A DNA stretch of 64,000 bases. It comes from Ancylonema sp. (lineage: Eukaryota). The position numbers and the translations under genes are program-made. Of the stretch, positions 63,914-64,000 are shown in pieces. How positions within the stretch are numbered: the first letter of the stretch is position 1; each line of letters begins with the position of its first letter. The DNA lies in NCBI GenBank assembly GCA_050230475.1, contig JBFLGF010000132.1, forward strand, positions 1-64,000, written 5' to 3'. A model generated the notes under the pieces. It did no database searches. It saw nothing but the letters and a program-made list of their open reading frames with translations, and was not told the DNA's origin.

Positions 63914-64000
63914 GTGACAAAAAGGGGGGGTATTATTGCGTATATTCATATTTCATATATTTCATATATCATATGCCATATTTCATATCTCTTATATTCA

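Overview
Eukaryotic nuclear DNA from a green plant; the spliced, land-plant-like genes suggest a streptophyte alga, but that is inference. Hand-spliced genes, in order: XRCC2 (+), homogentisate phytyltransferase HPT1/VTE2 (-, missed by the ORF track because its exons are short), gamma-tocopherol methyltransferase VTE4 (+), a BRWD/PHIP-like WD40 protein (-), an RLT-type homeodomain protein (+), a decayed FHA/coiled-coil gene (-), TRM112 (+), MTP7/ZnT9-type CDF transporter (-), BRUTUS-type hemerythrin RING E3 ligase (+) and an ABC1K kinase (+, runs off the window). Most tail-to-tail gaps hold hAT and Tc1/mariner-like MITEs, including a triple self-nested hAT MITE, plus a decayed copia fragment. 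The main observation is that the committed-step and final-step genes of alpha-tocopherol synthesis (VTE2, VTE4) lie head-to-head across a 0.7-0.85 kb spacer carrying bZIP, ABRE, DRE and HSE-like motifs. A second functionally coherent divergent pair (MTP7 and BTS, metal homeostasis) lies about 34 kb away. All family assignments come from motifs I recognise, not database searches. No RNA genes or CRISPR arrays were found.
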